Positions 60,299-64,000 of a stretch of DNA of 64,000 bases are shown here, one piece after another (position 1 is the stretch's first letter; each line of letters starts with the position of its first letter). The stretch comes from Synechococcus sp. (GTDB taxonomy: Bacteria > Cyanobacteriota > Cyanobacteriia > PCC-6307 > Cyanobiaceae), in the NCBI GenBank assembly GCA_047284725.1, contig JBJBEO010000001.1, forward strand, positions 2,232,203 through 2,296,202, in the 5' to 3' direction. The notes under the pieces were generated by a model. It saw only the letters and a program-made list of their open reading frames with translations. It made no database searches and was not told the DNA's origin. The translations under genes and the position numbers were made by a program.

Positions 60299-61588
60299 TC
60301 ACCGACGGAGCATTAACGCCTCTCGCCAGGTGCCATCAAGGACATCCCAAGAGTGGGCGTCCATCAATCGAGCGGCTACCAATCCCAATTGGCTGCGCAA
60401 TGCCTGGTCCTCTGCCAAGTGCTGCATCGCCTCAGCCAGAGAGTTGACCTGCTCAGTGGGGACCACCCACCCACTCTCTGCATGCCTCACGACCTCCAGC
60501 GGCCCTGGAGAAGCATCGCTGACGATGACTGCCAGACCGGCAGCCATCGCTTCCAGCAGTGCATTCGGCATCCCCTCAAACCGGGAAGGCAACACAAAAA
60601 CTGAATCCTGACCATAAAAGCGTTGAGGCTGAGGCTGAAAACCCAGAAAGCGCACCTGATTCTTCACGCCAAGAGAAACCACCAACGCTTCCAGATCGTT
60701 CAGTTCCGGACCATCGCCAACAATCTGCAAAGGCCACACCGAGCGAATTGATTCAGGCAGCTGGGCATAGGCCCGCACCAACAGATCAATACCCTTCTGC
60801 GGCACCAAACGGCACACAGCCAGGAAAGAAGGCGAGCTCACACCCGAGGCATCAGCGGAAGCGCGAGAGGTGGGTGCACCCAACCGCAATGGATTGGGAA
60901 GCAGACGCATTGCTTCCGCCTGTTGGGGGTGGCAACGCTTCAGCCCTTCCAAAACGCCAACCGTGTTCGCCGTCACCACATCGGCCCGCTGCCACAGCCA
61001 TCCCTGCAAACGAGGCCAGGGAAAAGGTTGCCGCTGCAAACGAGGATCATTGCGCTCCGACACCACCAAGTGACCGGGTAAAGCCCACAACGCCTGACAA
61101 CACAACAGGTTGGTGCGCGTCAGCAGAGACAACACCCGCAAGGGCTGTCCATCCCGCAGAAGATCCCGTAACAAGGTCGCCTGCACGCCAGACACGCTGG
61201 TCACCAGCCATTGCACCAGTACAAGGGCCTCACCCCGCTTCAAGCGACGCAACGCTTGCCAGCCTGCCGCGAGCGCCAACCACGCCAGCAAACGACGACT
61301 CCAGGCAAATAAAAAACGACTGGCCCTGGACCGCACAGCTCGGTTGCTCCACGTGGCAGCCACGTGCGGTCCTAGATCAATCCAAAGCAGGCCATCCGGC
61401 AACGAATGGGCAAGAGGCTTATCGGGCAACAACGTGACAACCACAACCTCCAACCCATCGCGAAGGAAGTGCTCGGCAACCATCAAGGCCACTTTTTGAG
61501 CACCCCCTGGTCCCAGATGGGGCAACACGATCACCAGATCAGAGTGGAGTGGCAACGACGGCACCATTAAGAGTGCACCCCGTGGCAC
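60299..61588 (-). CDS. GT4 glycosyltransferase (PglH/PglJ-like)
   Basis: GGAQKV, SERN, RLVPQKG, PSRFEGMPNALLEAM. Confidence 0.9.
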   Translation of the reverse strand: MPRGALLMVPSLPLHSDLVIVLPHLGPGGAQKVALMVAEHFLRDGLEVVVVTLLPDKPLAHSLPDGLLWIDLGPHVAATWSNRAVRSRASRFLFAWSRRLLAWLALAAGWQALRRLKRGEALVLVQWLVTSVSGVQATLLRDLLRDGQPLRVLSLLTRTNLLCCQALWALPGHLVVSERNDPRLQRQPFPWPRLQGWLWQRADVVTANTVGVLEGLKRCHPQQAEAMRLLPNPLRLGAPTSRASADASGVSSPSFLAVCRLVPQKGIDLLVRAYAQLPESIRSVWPLQIVGDGPELNDLEALVVSLGVKNQVRFLGFQPQPQRFYGQDSVFVLPSRFEGMPNALLEAMAAGLAVIVSDASPGPLEVVRHAESGWVVPTEQVNSLAEAMQHLAEDQALRSQLGLVAARLMDAHSWDVLDGTWREALMLRR

Positions 61589-62619
61589 TGCTGCAATCGC
61601 TCAGCGATCACTGCATTCAACTCCCTAGCGGAAGAATGATTCAGCAATTGCGACAGTCGCCTAACCCCGGTCTCCCGATCCATCGGCGTATCACTCCTGA
61701 GCTTGAGAAGGTTCTTCTCCAACTGCGCCATCAGCGCCAGGTGATTCTCCTGCGTTTTGGAGACCCCTTCACCTGATGGAGTCAGGCAATAACGACGAAT
61801 CGACGCATCAACACCCTTGACCGCCTCGAGGCTGCGCATCAGCAAAGCAGCAGGATTGTCGGCAGGCAGCAAAGCGCCCACGGTTAAGCACCGCGACAAG
61901 TTGCTCGACATACGCAGACAAGCATCGGCATCGAGCTCGGCATACCGCAACCTTGAAGCCACTGCCATCACTTCGTCCCACACCCAGGCAAGAGCCACGT
62001 CATCCCCGACCATCAAGGCCAAGTGATAAGTCGTTGTACAGAGAGAAATCAACAATTTGGCCCGATTGCGCCGATTCGACTCACCACAGCCGTACACCGT
62101 TGCATCGGCAGACAGCGTCTTGACAAGTGGATGAACCTGCTCGAGCAGCGTCAGCGCTAAAGACCTTTCCGCGAGCTTCAACACCAAATAACTCTGCGCA
62201 ATCAAGGCATAACAACGATGACTCTCCAGCAGATCGGGCAATCGACACAATTGGCCCAGCACCTTGAGACGAGCCTGTTCGTCCTGCGGCCTTGAGCCCG
62301 TTCGAAACAACAGTCTCTCGACGGCCCGATAGTCACCAACTTGCAAGCGAGACGCCAGCAGCTCAAAGCCCTTGTCTAGGTTGCCGGAACGAAACGCGAG
62401 CGTGCACTGCATCGATTGCACATCAGCAGTGCCAGGAAATCGCCTGGCAGCCAAATCAGCCAGCACCGTGGCTCGTGGGTAGCAGTGAAGTCTGAGGCTT
62501 GTTTCAAACAAGCGATAGAACCATCGCTTCCGGCAACACCAACCCCATGACAGGCGACAAGCCCAGTACTGCACCTGATAACCCAGGCGCTGCGATTGGC
62601 TCGCCCACAGACTGGCCAT
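61567..62619 (-). CDS. hypothetical, largely helical protein
   Basis: 350-aa ORF tightly coupled to its neighbours; no recognised motif. Confidence 0.65.
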   Translation of the reverse strand: MASLWASQSQRLGYQVQYWACRLSWGWCCRKRWFYRLFETSLRLHCYPRATVLADLAARRFPGTADVQSMQCTLAFRSGNLDKGFELLASRLQVGDYRAVERLLFRTGSRPQDEQARLKVLGQLCRLPDLLESHRCYALIAQSYLVLKLAERSLALTLLEQVHPLVKTLSADATVYGCGESNRRNRAKLLISLCTTTYHLALMVGDDVALAWVWDEVMAVASRLRYAELDADACLRMSSNLSRCLTVGALLPADNPAALLMRSLEAVKGVDASIRRYCLTPSGEGVSKTQENHLALMAQLEKNLLKLRSDTPMDRETGVRRLSQLLNHSSARELNAVIAERLQQCHGVHS

Positions 62620-63590
62620 CAGATCTTCACCATTTCGCCCATCGCCTCATCAAACGACAACGGCTCAACCGACTCACTTCCGCTCCCTGGGAAAAAAGTA
62701 AATTCTCCAAAGAAAATTCGAGGAACATCCTGGACAAAGCTATAAAGATCAACACGTAAATATGGGAACTCTCGGGAGAAGGCAACTGCCATTTCCATCA
62801 TCTGATCCAGGTTATCCGGAGGCAATGGGGGCACCAAGGGCTGGGGGTAGACCCACGTCACATCTTGATAACACCAGGGAGGACGAAAGATCGCCACGGA
62901 ACGTTCTTGCGACTGAAAGCCTTGGTTAACCTGAATCATGAGGCAACGGCCTCGACTCATATGAAATTTATAATCAACCACCCCCCCACCACCATCGGGC
63001 TCAATCAACTCCTCAATTAGCAGACGTCTTGGCACAGGCCAATACGCCCACTCATGCTTATAAACCCCATAGGGGTAATCAAGCCATTGCCTGCACTTCA
63101 AACGCAAAGCATCACGATCCACCGCCTCCCTTTGATCAACAAAGTGATTCGCACCAGAGCGATGACTCGCCTTGATCAGAAAACGCTCGGGCAATGAATT
63201 CCAAGGGATTTGATTCACATCCGTCACAACAGCAAGCGTTCTGGCAACTCCCAAATCGAAGCCACTTTGATCAGCCCACTCCAACGCAAGATCTTTCGCC
63301 AAAATCTTATCAACAGCCCGAACAAAAATTCGTGGGGAACGACGAATCTTGAGGGCTGTAATTTTATGATGAAAGGTCCGAGGATTGTTCAGATCGAGCT
63401 CATACCCTGTGCGCCTTAAAAAGGCCTGATGCAGAGCGGGATAACCCGTCAAACGCTCCTTGAGTTGGAACGACCTGCCGCGCAATTCGTAAAAGGGAGG
63501 CGTTTCCCACAGCCACAACCGAAAGCGATTAATTGCCTTGAGGCCATGAATCAATCGTCGCCAAAGGCTGGTCATGACACGCGCAGGCAT
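62619..63590 (-). CDS. TupA-like ATP-grasp amidoligase; start uncertain (ATG 63590 or 63575)
   Basis: NPRTF..K, DK, LP..F.IKASH.SG, LLIEE, DYKF, RVDLY, FGEFTF.PGSG. Confidence 0.85.
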   Translation of the reverse strand: MPARVMTSLWRRLIHGLKAINRFRLWLWETPPFYELRGRSFQLKERLTGYPALHQAFLRRTGYELDLNNPRTFHHKITALKIRRSPRIFVRAVDKILAKDLALEWADQSGFDLGVARTLAVVTDVNQIPWNSLPERFLIKASHRSGANHFVDQREAVDRDALRLKCRQWLDYPYGVYKHEWAYWPVPRRLLIEELIEPDGGGGVVDYKFHMSRGRCLMIQVNQGFQSQERSVAIFRPPWCYQDVTWVYPQPLVPPLPPDNLDQMMEMAVAFSREFPYLRVDLYSFVQDVPRIFFGEFTFFPGSGSESVEPLSFDEAMGEMVKI

Positions 63591-63732
63591 CGACACAAGG
63601 CAACGACGAATGCCGTTCGAGCAACGGCAACCAGCACATTCTGCACGGCTGACCCAGGCACGGAAGGGGCATGAACCATGCGGTTGCATCACCCTTGAGG
63701 CCCCAGAATCGACGCAGTCGGTGTCTCTGTTG

Positions 63733-64000
63733 TTGTCTGCCCTCACCCGCTGCCTGCAGGAGGAAGCAGCCGCCATCGCCGCTGCAGCCGATCGCTTGAG
63801 CAGCGATGAAGTGGAAGGAGCCCTAGCCCTGCTGGAACGCTGCGCCGATCGCAAGGCCAAGTTGGTCATCACCGGAGTGGGCAAGAGCGGCATTGTGGCT
63901 CGCAAGATCGCCGCCACGTTCTCCTCCATCGGCCTGATGGCCCTGTATCTCAATCCCCTCGATGCCTTGCATGGGGATCTGGGGGTGGTCGCTCCCGATG
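63733..64000 (+). CDS. kpsF: KpsF/GutQ arabinose-5-phosphate isomerase (5' part, runs off the window)
   Basis: Manual translation MSALTRCLQEEA...ITGVGKSGIVARKIAATFSSIG...DALHGDLG. Confidence 0.92.
   Translation, partial: MSALTRCLQEEAAAIAAAADRLSSDEVEGALALLERCADRKAKLVITGVGKSGIVARKIAATFSSIGLMALYLNPLDALHGDLGVVAPD

Noticed and set aside
63591..63953. Long N-terminal extension of the ATP-grasp ORF
   Set aside because: Largely antisense to the kpsF coding sequence starting at 63733

Overview
This window is from a picocyanobacterial (marine Synechococcus/Cyanobium-like) chromosome. The GC-rich left flank carries yvcK, ndhCKJ, rubA-ycf48-psbEFLJ, a UDP-glucuronate epimerase, ugd and hisS. The right flank carries galE, an outer-membrane barrel, selD, uvrD, a tRNA nucleotidyltransferase and a partial kpsF/kdsD. 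Between them lies a ~36 kb cell-surface glycan island (~11.2-47.5 kb) that becomes visibly AT-rich in its core. The island encodes a bacillosamine-type module (PglF/E/D-like), a deacetylase-phosphoglycosyltransferase-formyltransferase trio, and a WecC/bi-domain oxidoreductase/heparinase-like/GT4 block. It also encodes a pseudaminic-acid pathway (pseB, pseC, pseF, pseG, pseI, methylase) with no pseH but a formyltransferase in its place, a second NeuB-family protein lacking the metal-binding histidines, an ABC flippase, an EpsG/Wzy-like polymerase and Wza/Wzc-like export genes. Features the ORF track misses: a highly structured terminator-ended RNA candidate upstream of yvcK, a ~2 kb fossil degT-capD pseudogene pair, a decayed HEPN/MNT remnant, psbF, psbL and a 59-aa ORF. 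A second HEPN/MNT pair has intact reading frames, but its toxin has lost the catalytic His. All assignments come from motif recognition by eye; no database searches were run.
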